Assembly: GCF_000181795.1 (NCBI RefSeq)
Contig: NW_003526941.1
Coordinates: 892,618-956,617, forward strand
Origin: Trichinella spiralis
Lineage: Eukaryota
Direction: 5' to 3'
DNA: 64,000 nt
In this document: piece by piece, positions 13,740-26,233 of the stretch
How positions within the stretch are numbered: position 1 is the stretch's first letter
Layout: every line of letters begins with the position of its first letter
Translations under genes and position numbers: made by a program
Notes under the pieces: generated by a model
Told to the model about the DNA's origin: nothing
The model's input: only the letters and a program-made list of their open reading frames with translations
Databases searched by the model: none

Positions 13740-15845
13740 TCAATCACCTTTATTTGCTTTAGATTCACTCGCTTTCGCATTCAAGGTATCAATTGTCTTC
13801 TTGAAGTCAAGCTTTATTAATTCACGAATTTCATCCAATGTACCGGATTTTAACCAACCATCTGTGGGATGAGATTCTGTTTGATTTTCGCTAAGACGAT
13901 TCGAAAGTAATTCTTCCACTGCAGGCAAATGTATATCACACATCTGATACCACATTGACCGAAGTGGGGGCAAACAACCTTCCGTGTATTCAAATGTTGG
14001 TTCCTAAACATCAACAGCGTTCACTTATGTCAACATTCAATAAATAAATACATATATATATATATATATATATATAAATGCAATACATTTTACATATAAA
14101 ACTTGTTTTTTTATTTGTTTCAATGTTTAATATGAATTTTAAAAAGCAAAATGCTTTGTTACGCTATTTATGCACTTATTTTTACAGAAAAATTACAATA
14201 AATATTACCGTAGTTAACAGTTTATCCCACTCTTTTGACGATCTTGTTGCAATAGATGATACTTTAATTTGCCACTTGATAAACGCCTCAGACAAAACTG
14301 ATTCACCACCTGGAACCAATAAAATCCACAATAATAAAATTAATAAAAAGCAAAAAGCAGATAAAGATGGAAAAAGAGAAACCAAATCGAAAAAATGGAA
14401 AATGCATAGTTTGAAATTTCCACGAGTTGGTATCTTCGCGAGGATCGTACTTATATCTGCACCAATTTCTACCCCACGGACCGCTAATAATGTGAAATGC
14501 AAATTTTGGCAGCAAACGTCTACAACTGTTCAAATTAAAATATACAAAATGGAAATAAATAAAGTAATAAATACTTCACGTCACGTTCATCCAATTTCAG
14601 CTTGACAATCAATGAATACTTTAGCCACATGGGACGCTCGCTGAAAGCCTATTGGAAAAATTATTTAAATTAACACCATGTATAAAGAGAAAAATTAAAA
14701 GTAAAACATTTCTATCGTACCTTTTCAAGAGCTTCGTGAACAGCAGGATCGAAAGTGTTTTCATTCACCCGCTTCATGGCCAGTGGTGACGGTTCGGCAG
14801 GAAATTCATCCGTGGCTACTGCCATGCGAGTATGAGTTTTCCTGTTTTTTCGAGCGGCTGAATGTTGAAATAGGAACATTTCAAATTTCTTACGCCATAA
14901 CAAATTATACACAAATAGCAACAGAACATATAACACGAGCTTATCAGAATTGCAGCCTTGCATTAGTAATATGTGTTGTCAAAATTACTAATGATGATCA
15001 TGTCTGAACAAATCAGCAGCACGTCACAAATTTTCATCATTTTAACTTCAAAAATGATTTTCAACTTATCCAAGTGAACTTGCGCACACACTGGATGTAC
15101 CGTAAAAATCATTATAAAATTGAAACAATAATAAAGTAGACAATTTTTCACTCTGACGAAAAAACAATTTCAATTTAAATGAACTTACAGTCACCAATTC
15201 TCACACTTTCTGCCGTTCTTCCTGGAGTCTCTAGATCATAATTTGCCACTTCACGTGACAGAATCGATTCTGATGAGGTGCAAAGTCGAGTAAAAGAAAA
15301 TGGAATCAAAAATAATTCTTGGTCAGGTATAGGTGGTATGAACCATCTCTCCGCCTGTTCTTTCGTAGATGGTACAAGAGCCGAATAAATTTCTGAATAC
15401 TGACCATCTTCATTCTTTCTCATCGGCAAATATTGAAAATCAAACAAGCTTGAACTGAAGTCATGAATGCTTGACAAAGTACCAACAACGTCAAGTTGGA
15501 CGGAATTAGTTGTCTGCTTAGACGACGACGGACCTGCTTGGATCAAGCGTCGGGCACGGATAATCAAAAATGCACCTTCCCGGCGCTTGCTTAAAACGGG
15601 ACGCGAAAACAGATTCGATTTTCGGTGAAAGTTCAATTCAAGCGACCTAGTATTATGCTAAAACACGTGCGCAAACGGACGTCACTCGTCACTTGAAGTA
15701 ACGAAAAAGCAAAAAAGCACTCCGTGATTACCTTTTCAATCTCTTTCATACCACCCAGGCTCTCCAATGCTTTATCAACATTTTTCACAATTCCTGGATA
15801 ACATATGGCCATGAATTCTTCGCAAGAATTGTTCTCGGACAACAT
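13740..15845 (-). CDS. GTF3C5: General transcription factor 3C polypeptide 5 (TFIIIC63/Tau95), multi-exon
   Basis: Exon peptides match the family motifs in order: AICYPGIVKNVDKALESLGG, LELNF...SRPV, DFQYLPM, GPWGRNWCRYKYDPRED..WKFQ and LPPLRSMWYQMCDI...DGW. Stop at 13740. The start ATG at 15845 (after an acceptor at ~15864) is tentative. Confidence 0.88.
14052..14076. repeat. (TA)n microsatellite in a GTF3C5 intron
   Basis: Direct reading. Confidence 0.9.
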
Positions 15846-17354
15846 CGCATTCTCAAAAAACACCTAATATTATTAGAACAACTTGGCTCTGTTCCAACAC
15901 AAACTTCAAACAAATTTTAACATAATCCAAGCTCCATATTTATATAGTTGAAAAATACTAGCAATTCATATTCTGTGAATCGATAAAAACATTGAAAATC
16001 ATCAACAAATGCACATTTCCAAATGTCATTTACTTCGCCGAGCTACAGTATTATAAAAAAAATCAAGTCCAATTTCATTAATAAATATAGCGTTTGCCCC
16101 AAACGACAGATGGACTTCAATTTGAACAGCAGTAGACAACTGCTTCTGGATTTGTGTTGAATAAATTGTGAACAGGCCTACTAATTACAAACAGCACAAT
16201 TGAACCACAGTGCAGGCGCAAAATGTCAGTTAAACAAATCGACATGAAAATTTGTTTTCAATTTTGAAAATAAAAATTTCATAACATAAAAAACAGCATG
16301 AAATGTTTTTCATCTCTGCTTAGAATCCAAAATGATCGTCACAGGACCATCATTTTCAATTGACAGCTGCATGTGAGCACCAAATTTTCCATCTTAAATG
16401 ATAATCACATCACACACGATCAGTATAAATGAGGATAAATCAGCATCATCAATTACAAGTCACAGCTCACAAACTTTTCACTAGATCTTCTTTATAATTT
16501 ATCCACAAAAGTCGAATAAAATTATGAAGCTTCTGAAGGATTCACAGAAAGATAAAAATCCAATTTGTTTCTTTTGAATTGCAATGCATTCAAAGTAAAC
16601 TAAAACCAAGTACTGCCGAGCTTGGACAATATTCAGAAAAGCAAACTCGCAAAGCTCACCTGACTTACGTAAAGAATTTCCAACTGCAAATCGTTGAGCA
16701 TCTCCTGGGAAGATGCGTAAATTCAACAATTTTCGAACTCTTAGAAGAGATGACTTTGAATGGGGAATCAGAAATCAGAATTGCACAAGCAGAATGTGCA
16801 TTAGAACCGTGAATTCTCTGAGCGATTAACCTTTGACTAATCGCAAAAAGTCCATATGCATAGCAGTGTATCTTGTTTTTAACTAAAGCGTTGCACAAAT
16901 GATTATTTTAATCTCACACATTTAATTGAAATTTTTCGTCTTCAAAAATGACTCTCCTTTTAAGAAACCTGTGCTACCTAAGCGTTGACATCAACCAAGT
17001 TCATATGTAACGTCTACATGTATGAATTTCATCATGCCTGGAAAGCAAACGTGCACGTACTCGTAAATCAGCAGTTTTATTATAACTGGACAGCGTTCAC
17101 ATTTTTCATTTGTTAATACTTTTTCTGCTGTTATCATATTTGTCATCCATTACATGCAAATCTACCCGTGTTTGTGGTGAAAACATTTTCAACAAATGTG
17201 AAAACGAATTCAGCCAATTTTAAATTTAAAATATCATTCATAATCAAACAATGCAATTGGCAGAAAACTTCCAAGAAAAATCTGCACTAAATGCATTAAA
17301 ATTTTGAAAAGAAAACAATCACTTTCAGTAGCTTGAAATTACCCAAAAAAAAGG

Positions 17355-17882
17355 TCAGATAGGAGAAAACATGTCAGTTACTAATTTCCGGTAATACCTG
17401 AAAACCAGCTTAGATAAGAAAATGTTAATGATACTGTAAAAAGAGCACAATGCAATAATCGATATCAAAATAACGTTAGTAAAAATGTTGTCAACCTCCA
17501 TCTCATCATCAAGTGGACTACGTTCACCTTTCAACAGCCAAACAGAATACATCACTATGATGAACATCGATATCAGTATTAAAATTTGCAAAACGAGAAA
17601 TGGCAGAAGCAAAACAGCTATCCGTCGTCGGAGTCCGACGAAAAGCATCAACGTGCAAGCTAGCAAGAATGTTTCAAACAAAAAGCCAACTGCAAGCCAC
17701 ATTGGCGTGATGCCACCATGAAGATAACCAGAAAGTAGAGAAATTGAACCAAAAAAAAATTCTATTACTTTCCACGCTCCAATCAACATAACGCCCTCTC
17801 TTAACGGGCACATTCGACAGCAGCATCTATCCTTTGAATCCATGCCTGCGTTCCTTGCACCAAATCGTGTTCTCCAGGACAT
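17355..17882 (-). CDS. Four-pass membrane protein, LAPTM4/Mtp-like (nematode tetraspan family), intronless, 175 aa
   Basis: N-terminal RCCC...LREG..LIG motif, four hydrophobic segments, the LFVGLRRR...LLLPFL signature and a C-terminal V.RYYR.L. Confidence 0.7.
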   Translation of the reverse strand: MSWRTRFGARNAGMDSKDRCCCRMCPLREGVMLIGAWKVIEFFFGSISLLSGYLHGGITPMWLAVGFLFETFLLACTLMLFVGLRRRIAVLLLPFLVLQILILISMFIIVMYSVWLLKGERSPLDDEMEVDNIFTNVILISIIALCSFYSIINIFLSKLVFRYYRKLVTDMFSPI

Positions 17883-20800
17883 TGTTGAAACTAATTTTCA
17901 ATACAGTATTTTTTGGTTCGACTGCTCTCGATAGCAACGTTACTAATGTAAATGTAACCGAATTAAATTAACATTTAAACAACAGTTAAAATTCAGTAAA
18001 CACAACCAACCTACCAAAAGGTATCACTATGTCCCAATTTCATATCAACTACTAGCTCACATCGGCAACATTCACGAACAGTACCGTAAAAAATTATTTT
18101 CAGGTACAAAGTTTTTCAAAGTGCAAGCCAACAGCAAAACGGAATTTTTTTAAAGTATTGAATAAAACTATTGTAAAGTATTGCGATTGTAAAAATGGAA
18201 TTTTTTAAATAAAACAATTCTGAAGCACATACAGTTTGTCGTGAAACTATTTTCAGAAACTTAAAATCAAATCCAACCTATAGAACAATTGAAGTGATTA
18301 TATGTAAATTGAAATATGCAAAAAAACAATGATTTATTTTGATTTGAATAATAAACATGGATTAAATGTAATAAACCAAAACAAAGTGGTATAGTTTGAA
18401 TAAATTTTCAATGACAAACTTTACAGTTTTGCTGCACTGATACCCGAATGGAAATGCAATCAGACAAATGGAAAGAAGGAAAGTGGCTGACATTCTTTAC
18501 AGTTTTTCATTTGACATGAAAGCCAAAGCTGATTAAGAGCTTCATGATGGAAACAAAATATGACACTGGGTACAGTGGTTATATTAAGAAAATAAACGAG
18601 AGCTGCCAACGCTGTTTCTTTTAAAACTTAAATCAACATGACATCACTTTTAATAACAGACTAATTTTGCAATATATATGTATATATGATATTTTAGAGC
18701 GTAAATAAATGTTTTAACAAAATGATTTACTTTGGAAAAATATGAATACATGCATCATTGTTAATATTATATTTTGCATTCAGCTGAAAAGTTTGGCATT
18801 CATCAGACAGCTTAGCTTACCAGTTATGAATAAGATGCACAGAAAATGATCCGAGAATGGGTTATAAGTTTCAAAGTTGAAAAGCAAAGTAATATTTCGC
18901 AGAATCAACATCCAGTTTTAGATTCTTCTAGTTTCTGTATTTTTTCACTTGCCTGGAAATGAAAATAGTACAGAAGAACTTAAGTGAGAAAAAGAGGAAG
19001 AGAGAAGAATCGTTTGTAGAATAAACCTTTTTTCAGCTTTTGTCTTGAATTGTATTTGCTGTGTTCAAAAACTGGAAAATAAAACTAAAGTGCTCTGTGC
19101 TCAGCCTGATTTCTGTGCAAAAGACTGGTCGTCGAATGGTATTTTCACACTGTCATTCCATCGCATGAACAGTTATTGCATTATTCAACATCTGCCTATG
19201 GTGAATTTTATGTAAAACTTGTCCAATACTACTTTTATGCTTGAAGAATATATGCTTGGTTAAGGAAATGAAAAAGACAAAATCACCCATCAACATCTCA
19301 AAGCTGCATCACTTGTTTCACTTTTGAAAGGTAAAAAAATATTTCTAGTAAAATATTACTTTTATTTCACTTTTATTCTTTTCCTTTTGTTGATTAAAAC
19401 GTTGAAATGAAATTTATTTTCTCAAAGATACAACTGGGCTCAAATTTTCCATAGCTACAACATTATCGTATCGTTTGAAATTTGCATATTTCAAACGTAG
19501 ACAATCAGATTAACAATCTCATAAAAATAAATAAATGAATAAAATTCATATTTCTGTTTACTGAAATCTAATTAAAAAATAAAATAAGCATGCTATAAAC
19601 CGTTCACAAAGATGATAAAATCAACATCTTACTTATCGCTTATTTATTGCATTCAAATGTAGCACTAGCACTTGAATGTTAAAATGACATACTAAAAATT
19701 AATGTAATGTAATGTAATGTATTGTATTGTATAAATTGAAGTTTGAAAACATTTCATCAGTTTTGTTCAAGGCAATGTAACGCTTGTTTGCAAAATTAAT
19801 AACTGTTGTTAACTTGCTCAACAGAATGAACTGTATGTATTTCAATCTGTATTACAAAGGACCGTTTTCCAAAAATACAAGTTTTTACCAACTGAAAATT
19901 GAAACAGCACAATAAATGAAAGCATTTATTCATAAGTGCATTGTCAAGCGTGTGTATCCACTGAAATAACATGATAATAGTTTCATGCTTTTTTGTTAAT
20001 TTGATGTCACATGACTAGAAAATGTTGCACTGAAGCAATCTTAATTATCAGCTTAAAGCATTGTTGAAAACAACAGCTATTTATCATTTAAATCAACTAC
20101 AATAATCAGTTCAGTAAAAATCAACCAACATTAAACTTCTACCGTATACGAAATTGTCATTTTTTTCATTTTTGATACAGTTGTTATCAGTGCCAACAAG
20201 AGAAAAATTAATTTGCATTATAAAACTGCATAATTCTACTGATGCTCTACTAGTGCAATCTAGCAGATAACATAATTTATAATTTGAAGAGAGTTTACAG
20301 TAACAGTAAACTGTACAGAGTTTGAAATAAATCATACTCTACTGACCGTTACTGTAGCACGTAAGCACGGGTTTTTACAACAGTGATAAATTTCAAAAAT
20401 CAAAAACAGTCATAAAATACAGCACTTGAACATTTGAAAGCAACTATTGTAATGCATAGATTACAACAGTATCGACAAAAATGGTTCCAGTTTCAACGAA
20501 TACAAAATTTCTTGTCTGTTTAAAATTTTCAAATAAATTTTACTACAGAAAATCTTAAAATTATAAATTTCAAATAAAATCCACAGGATTTTAAACCCAA
20601 GCAATCGACTGTTCAAGAATAAGTAAGAATTTGGAATTTGAAATTTTAATTTGACAAATTCATTTCAATTGTTCTTATCAAATAATGAATAGAAGAGGAA
20701 TTTTTCCAATTTTGTAAACAAACATTTTCATTTTCAAAAATGTAAACAGCGAAAATTTTATTTGCTATTTATTCAGCAACGTTGTTTATTATCATATTGC

Positions 20801-21617
20801 TGTACATGAATAATACACACATCTGTCCAACATTGACCGCCCGTACGACAGTTTACAGTGCAAATTAAGCTGAACAATATTCATTGCAATGTTCGAAACG
20901 AACTAAACACAGAATACAGCAACAATACTTACTAGTAGCATTAGTTTGCCGTATAAACGAACAACTGAGATGCTAATTTACCTCGTAAAAAAGAAGCCTG
21001 CTTCTCAAAAGCAGTCTTCTTCAAAACGGCTTAAAAAATTTAGCACTTTTCAAAATTCGTCGTCAGAAATTTTTTGCTTACCAAAGTGGAATTTGAAAAT
21101 TTACAAACTATATTCACTAGCTGCGGCTGCGATGAGCAACAATCACTAATGCGCTGAACAAAATATTTTCAAAGAATATCATTCGTATCAATTCATTTAA
21201 ATGTCAGTAAAGTCGATAGAAAAACAGCATTTTTTACATCTGATTGTCAATAAAATCAATTTAATACTTGATTAATTTTATACTACTTGAAGAAGTTTTC
21301 AAAAGTGAACGTCAAAGTTAAAAACATGTCACGCATGTGTTCTGGCTATTTTCTGTGTCTGTTCTATAAAAGCAACAAGTATAAAAAGCATCAATCAGTA
21401 AAATTGAGTACAAAAGCCGTAAGACATGTTTTTCTACTTTTTTAACCTCTCCCTTTAATACAGCACTATATTTCACTCTGTTTGCTGTTGCTGTGAATGT
21501 AGTGATTTCTGAAAATACTACTACTACTAATACTACTGCTGCTGCTGCTGCTACTACTATTACTACACTATACTGCTCAAGTGAATTGTAAAGTTTATAG
21601 GAAAATAAAAAATTCAT

Positions 21618-23147
21618 ATGGCACCTTCGAAAAGCGGCATGAAGACCATCAAATGGCTAATATCAGAGGTGACGGTGGAACCGATTACATTTTTAAATTT
21701 TTTGGCCCTAGCCTATTATTCTGTACCAATGCAAGTGGGAATTTACAGAGTAATATGCGAAGAAATATTGCCCGGTGTAGATTGTAATCGTCTGAGCAGC
21801 AGTCCAGAGTATGAAGATAAAGTACAGCGAGCAACCAGCATCTGGTCTCAAGTTCTGATTGCTTCTTATCTACTGCCGGCTCTGTTTTCCGACACCATCA
21901 TGGGAGCTGTAGGCGATATGTACGGTCGTCAAATTAACATACTCATCGGAATTGCAGGAATGATGCTATCTTGGTATTCCACGGCAGTTGTTCTCAGCTA
22001 TCCTGGTGCGTCGTTGATCATTATACTAGCATTCAACTTCGTAGCCGGTGCTACGGGATTTTTGACCATCGTTTCTATTTCCGCTTTCGCTTATCTGTCG
22101 GATGTGGAACCAGATCATGAAAATTTGACCGTTCGCATGGTCATACTGTCAATGATAAACGCCGTGGCGTCTGTGATCGGTTCGTTGACGGCTGCCGCTG
22201 CCATTCACAGTCTCAGTGAAGCAGGTGTCATTTTGATCAGCTTGATCTTGCTTGCTTTTGCCTTTTTCTACACTCTGCTACGGATCAAACAAATACCGCC
22301 AACTCAGATGCGACGTCTGGTCGAACAACGAAATCGCAAATTGCAAAATGTAGAACCGCCTGGTCAACGAATGGAAATGGAAATGAAAAAACGACAAGAC
22401 GGGCCAACAGAGGCTACTGTCCATGGTGAGCAGAACGTGTCTGGTGAAAAAACTACATGCCTGAAACAAGCTCACCTGGTAATGACCACTGTAAAGAAGC
22501 TCCTCCTCGACGTCTACAGAACGTACACCAAACCCAGACCTGGACATAGGCGAATGTACGTCTGGATTGCATCGCTGGTATATTTTTTGCAAGTTATTGT
22601 CGATATGGGCTTGCAGCAAAGTGTGCTCAGCTTGTATTTGCTTCGTCGACCGTTCAGCTGGACACCTGAAGAAATATCAGTTTTTCGAGGAATCAGTGCA
22701 GCTATTAATGCTTTTGGCAGTGTTGTTGGCATTGTTGTTTTGAAAAAGTTGTTAAAATGTGGAGATGTGACCATTTTGATCATTGCACTGACCTCTTGCA
22801 TTGTTGACCGCATTTTCACCGGCTTCAGCACACAGAATTGGATGATTTACACCTCTGTGACGTGCGGGTGCCTTTCCACGCTGCTTGTACCGACGATGAA
22901 ATCATTCACGGCCAAACTGGTCGGACATGACGAAGTTGGAAAAATATTCACCGCTTTTGGCCTAGGCTCAGACCTGGCTTATCTACTCAGCGCGGTTCTT
23001 TTGAACAGCATCTACACGGCTACTGTCAGTTTCTTCCCCGGATCGGTGTTTCTTTTTGGTGCCAGCTTGTCATTTATTGGGCTCGTTTTGTTCTGCTTTG
23101 TTTGGTTTGAAGTGAAACGAGATTCATCCTTAGCAGCCTCTGATTGA
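21618..23147 (+). CDS. SLC46-family MFS transporter (PCFT/HCP1-like), intronless, 509 aa
   Basis: N-terminal VEPITFL, an external Cys pair (RVICE...DC), GAVGDMYGR (MFS motif A), AFAYLSD, LYLLRRPFSW, SFTAKLVGHDEVGKIF, LNSIYTATVSFFPGSVF, and about 12 TM helices. Confidence 0.88.
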   Translation: MAPSKSGMKTIKWLISEVTVEPITFLNFLALAYYSVPMQVGIYRVICEEILPGVDCNRLSSSPEYEDKVQRATSIWSQVLIASYLLPALFSDTIMGAVGDMYGRQINILIGIAGMMLSWYSTAVVLSYPGASLIIILAFNFVAGATGFLTIVSISAFAYLSDVEPDHENLTVRMVILSMINAVASVIGSLTAAAAIHSLSEAGVILISLILLAFAFFYTLLRIKQIPPTQMRRLVEQRNRKLQNVEPPGQRMEMEMKKRQDGPTEATVHGEQNVSGEKTTCLKQAHLVMTTVKKLLLDVYRTYTKPRPGHRRMYVWIASLVYFLQVIVDMGLQQSVLSLYLLRRPFSWTPEEISVFRGISAAINAFGSVVGIVVLKKLLKCGDVTILIIALTSCIVDRIFTGFSTQNWMIYTSVTCGCLSTLLVPTMKSFTAKLVGHDEVGKIFTAFGLGSDLAYLLSAVLLNSIYTATVSFFPGSVFLFGASLSFIGLVLFCFVWFEVKRDSSLAASD

Positions 23148-25582
23148 TGTCAGACTTGCTGAACCAAGCATTCCACACAACTAGCCTCCACAAAGCAATT
23201 CATCAATCAGAGGGCAGGAGGGGGGAGCTGATCTTCATTTTAACATTCAACAATTATAACATTATTCGTCTAACTTCATATACGTACAACATTCTATTCA
23301 TATACCAAATTCATATTCACACTCAACTTGTACAAATGAATAAACAACATTAATGCATAAGCGTAAGCGTCTGTTACAAAAATTCTACTGCATCTTACCT
23401 GACTCACTTACTCACTCTCAAAAAATCTGTAAGCAATTTCTTTTATTTTACTGAAAAATATAATTAGGTTAAATAACGTCACGTAAATTCAATAAATGCC
23501 ACGGTTTCAGCAGGCATTGATCATCAAAACTTGCACTGACTGTACGAAAATAACTTCCGGGAGAATAATATGATGAAAAAAGAAAATAGAAATTAAAACG
23601 GCCGAATAAAATATAGCGACAAGCCAATGGAAATAATTTATCAGTTGAGAAAATAATTCTCCCTGAAAAAAATAATTGAATTCATAACGAACATCTATTT
23701 TTACTTTAATAGCGTGATTTTAGAACGTCGCAGCTTATATTAATCAGAACATATTGCACAGTTAACTTATCATCACTAATTTCCTTGAATATATAAAACA
23801 CCATCATATACTTGCCTGGTGCGCTGATGATTGACATAAATTTTTCAAATGAGGGTCTTCGATTTTATCATGCAAAGAATTTTGCTCAATTTTCAATAAT
23901 ATTGTATGGGAAAAACACTCTGTCTGCCAAAATGTCTATATTAAGTAATTCACGAATATTTATTTGATTGTAAAATTAGTCAAATTTTTTTTCAAATTTC
24001 TTGTTCTAATGCTGCAGCGATGAAAGTGTGAAACACATTGCTCAGTCAAAATTTTATTACATACAATGAAGAAGATTCATTACCTGCATTCGCATTACTT
24101 ATTTATTTATTTATTTATATATTACTCCATGTTATGAATAGCTGACATTTTTCATAGTGACAGTACGACTGATTATTACTTATAACCTTTTAAAAATGCT
24201 TCATTTAGAACATTTTCATTCTGCGCATACAGTCTGTTTTTTCAGCACGCTATAATTTTTATTAATGCTAAAAATTCAGTATCCCTCGAAAATATATTAT
24301 TACACAAACAGTATTAGTGATAAGCAAGGTACTGCAATCGGTCAGCTATTGGCTTCGTTCGATTTATTTTATAAATTTAAAATGCAATTATTGCATTGCA
24401 CTGAAAACAAAGTGCGTGCAGTTGAAAATGAGACTGTGCTCTGCTAGTGGTGTAGATGTTTCCTATTCATTACTTTAATCCATAAATCTACAAAGTAAAC
24501 GTATTTTTTCTCTTCAATTCAACCATTAATAATACATCTAGCACAGCGACTATATCACATTAACATGTGCAATGATTCATAATTTGCTTAAAGATTTAAT
24601 ACGCAGTGTTATTTTGAAATTGAAATTCTATGAAAACGCAATATTGGGAATTGAAGAAAAAGAAATGTTAAACTAATTTTAAACTATATTTTCAGCTGAT
24701 TTCGAATACTTTGCACAGATGATGAGCAAATGCAAAATTTTCTTCAGAAAATAATCAACTGCAAACAATGAATAGCAAGGAAGCCATGTAAATTTTTGAA
24801 CTTTTGTAATAAAATATTTGAACTAAAATTTTTCATGCATTGCAAATACATTTGCGAAATGAGTATAATTTTCTTATTCAAGTATGAAAATACGGATGGG
24901 TGTGTGCGCGCGTGCATGGGAATGTACTTTTGGGGGCATACACAGAGAGAAGTAAGTACTTGTTGTACATGCTTTTTTTAAACTTTATTTTATTGTATAC
25001 TTTTAATCTTGCTCAACGAAAAGAAAATAACTCGCTAGAGGGAAATGAACGATCGAAATGATTAATTTCGAACAAGCTGCACTGCACCGTGGAGAGTTCA
25101 GCCTTTGGCTTATTTATTATAGTCGACGTGCTCAGTATGAAGAAAATCGAATGACCATTTTGTAAGTTGCAAAATATTAAGTGCCTGTTAATGTGGCAAT
25201 ATATTTTGTTTCGATGAAATGAAGGCACATTCATTTCTGCTGAAAGAAGAAATTAAAATGAATAAGAATCAGTTGGATAATGAAAAATGAAAATTAAGGA
25301 TAAAAGTTATGCTTCTACCAACAGTGGTGGGCAAACGTCTAATGCCGAAAAAATTGTCCTGGAAGTTTCGATTTTGAGTTTGCGAGATGGAAACGAGCAC
25401 CAAAATAAAACAGTTTAATAATGTTCAGGATTACACCAGCTGTTCAAGGCCCGATTTTTGGAAAAACTTGAGAATATTCATCTGAATTATAGAGCCACAA
25501 AAAAGAAAAAGAGAAAGATGGAAACTCTTTGTAAAAATCTTTATGACATATGCTGATAGATAGTTTTTGGAAAAAAATTAAA

Positions 25583-25648
25583 ACACACACACACACACAC
25601 ACACACACAACACATGCATACATTATATATATATGTGTGTGTGTGTGC
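25583..25648. repeat. (CA)n ... (TA)n (TG)n compound microsatellite
   Basis: Direct reading; the CA and TG tracts are complementary. Confidence 0.85.
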
Positions 25649-25719
25649 TCTTGATATGAACAGAAGAGAAAAAAAATGGATCCTTAATAAATAGCAAAAT
25701 TTTGAGTTTGTTTTGCTTT

Positions 25720-26233
25720 TTATTGTTCCTCAAATAACGGATAGTCGTCAGAATTGGATATAGTGTAATATGGCGAACCTCGCCTGACCATAGCTGTAAG
25801 AAGTTGCCGTTTTTCCAACGTTTTGCAAATTTCCTCCAAGCCGAGCAAGTGAAGCTTCTCCTTTACCAATTGAGCTTCGTCGAAATCACCGTTTTTCATC
25901 GCTGAACAGATGACGGCTAAATTTTCCACCAAAGATCCCAAACTTTTAACATGTGCCGGTCGAGGTTCATTGCGGTGACTGGCTTAAAAATACATTTTTC
26001 TAATGTGAAATTTTCCAATAAAATTATTCATTTCAACCGCAGCTGCAATTGCAACTCTCTCTCTCTCAGGCATTTTCCTTTTCTTTAAAAAAAATATTTT
26101 TACCATACAATACTGATAACTTACTGAAGACAAAATAGCTGGCATCGGCTGATTGGATGCAAAACAAGCTGACCGCTAACAGAAAAGCCGCCGTGATGCA
26201 GTAGTTGTGAAAGAAGCAGAATCCACTTGACAT
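25720..26233 (-). CDS. Predicted two-exon secreted 123-aa prepropeptide (candidate neuropeptide precursor); exons 26233-26125 and 25982-25720
   Basis: ATG at 26233, GTAAGT donor at 26124 and TTTTTAAG acceptor at 25983, with matching phase 1. Product: MSSGFCFFHNYCITAAFLLAVSLFCIQSADASYFVFTSHRNEPRPAHVKSLGSLVENLAVICSAMKNGDFDEAQLVKEKLHLLGLEEICKTLEKRQLLTAMVRRGSPYYTISNSDDYPLFEEQ. It has a signal-peptide-like N-terminus ending ADA, plus KR and RR sites. Confidence 0.72.

Noticed and set aside
14078..14605. 175-aa plus-strand ORF and 106-aa alternative-frame ORF
   Set aside because: Shadows of GTF3C5 exons and introns.
16499..16898. Three overlapping 76-77 aa ORFs
   Set aside because: No motif and no convincing splice structure.
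25013..25234. 73-aa minus-strand ORF after a TTTCAG acceptor as an extra exon of the peptide gene
   Set aside because: The upstream exon already ends in a stop at 25720, and the product has no features.
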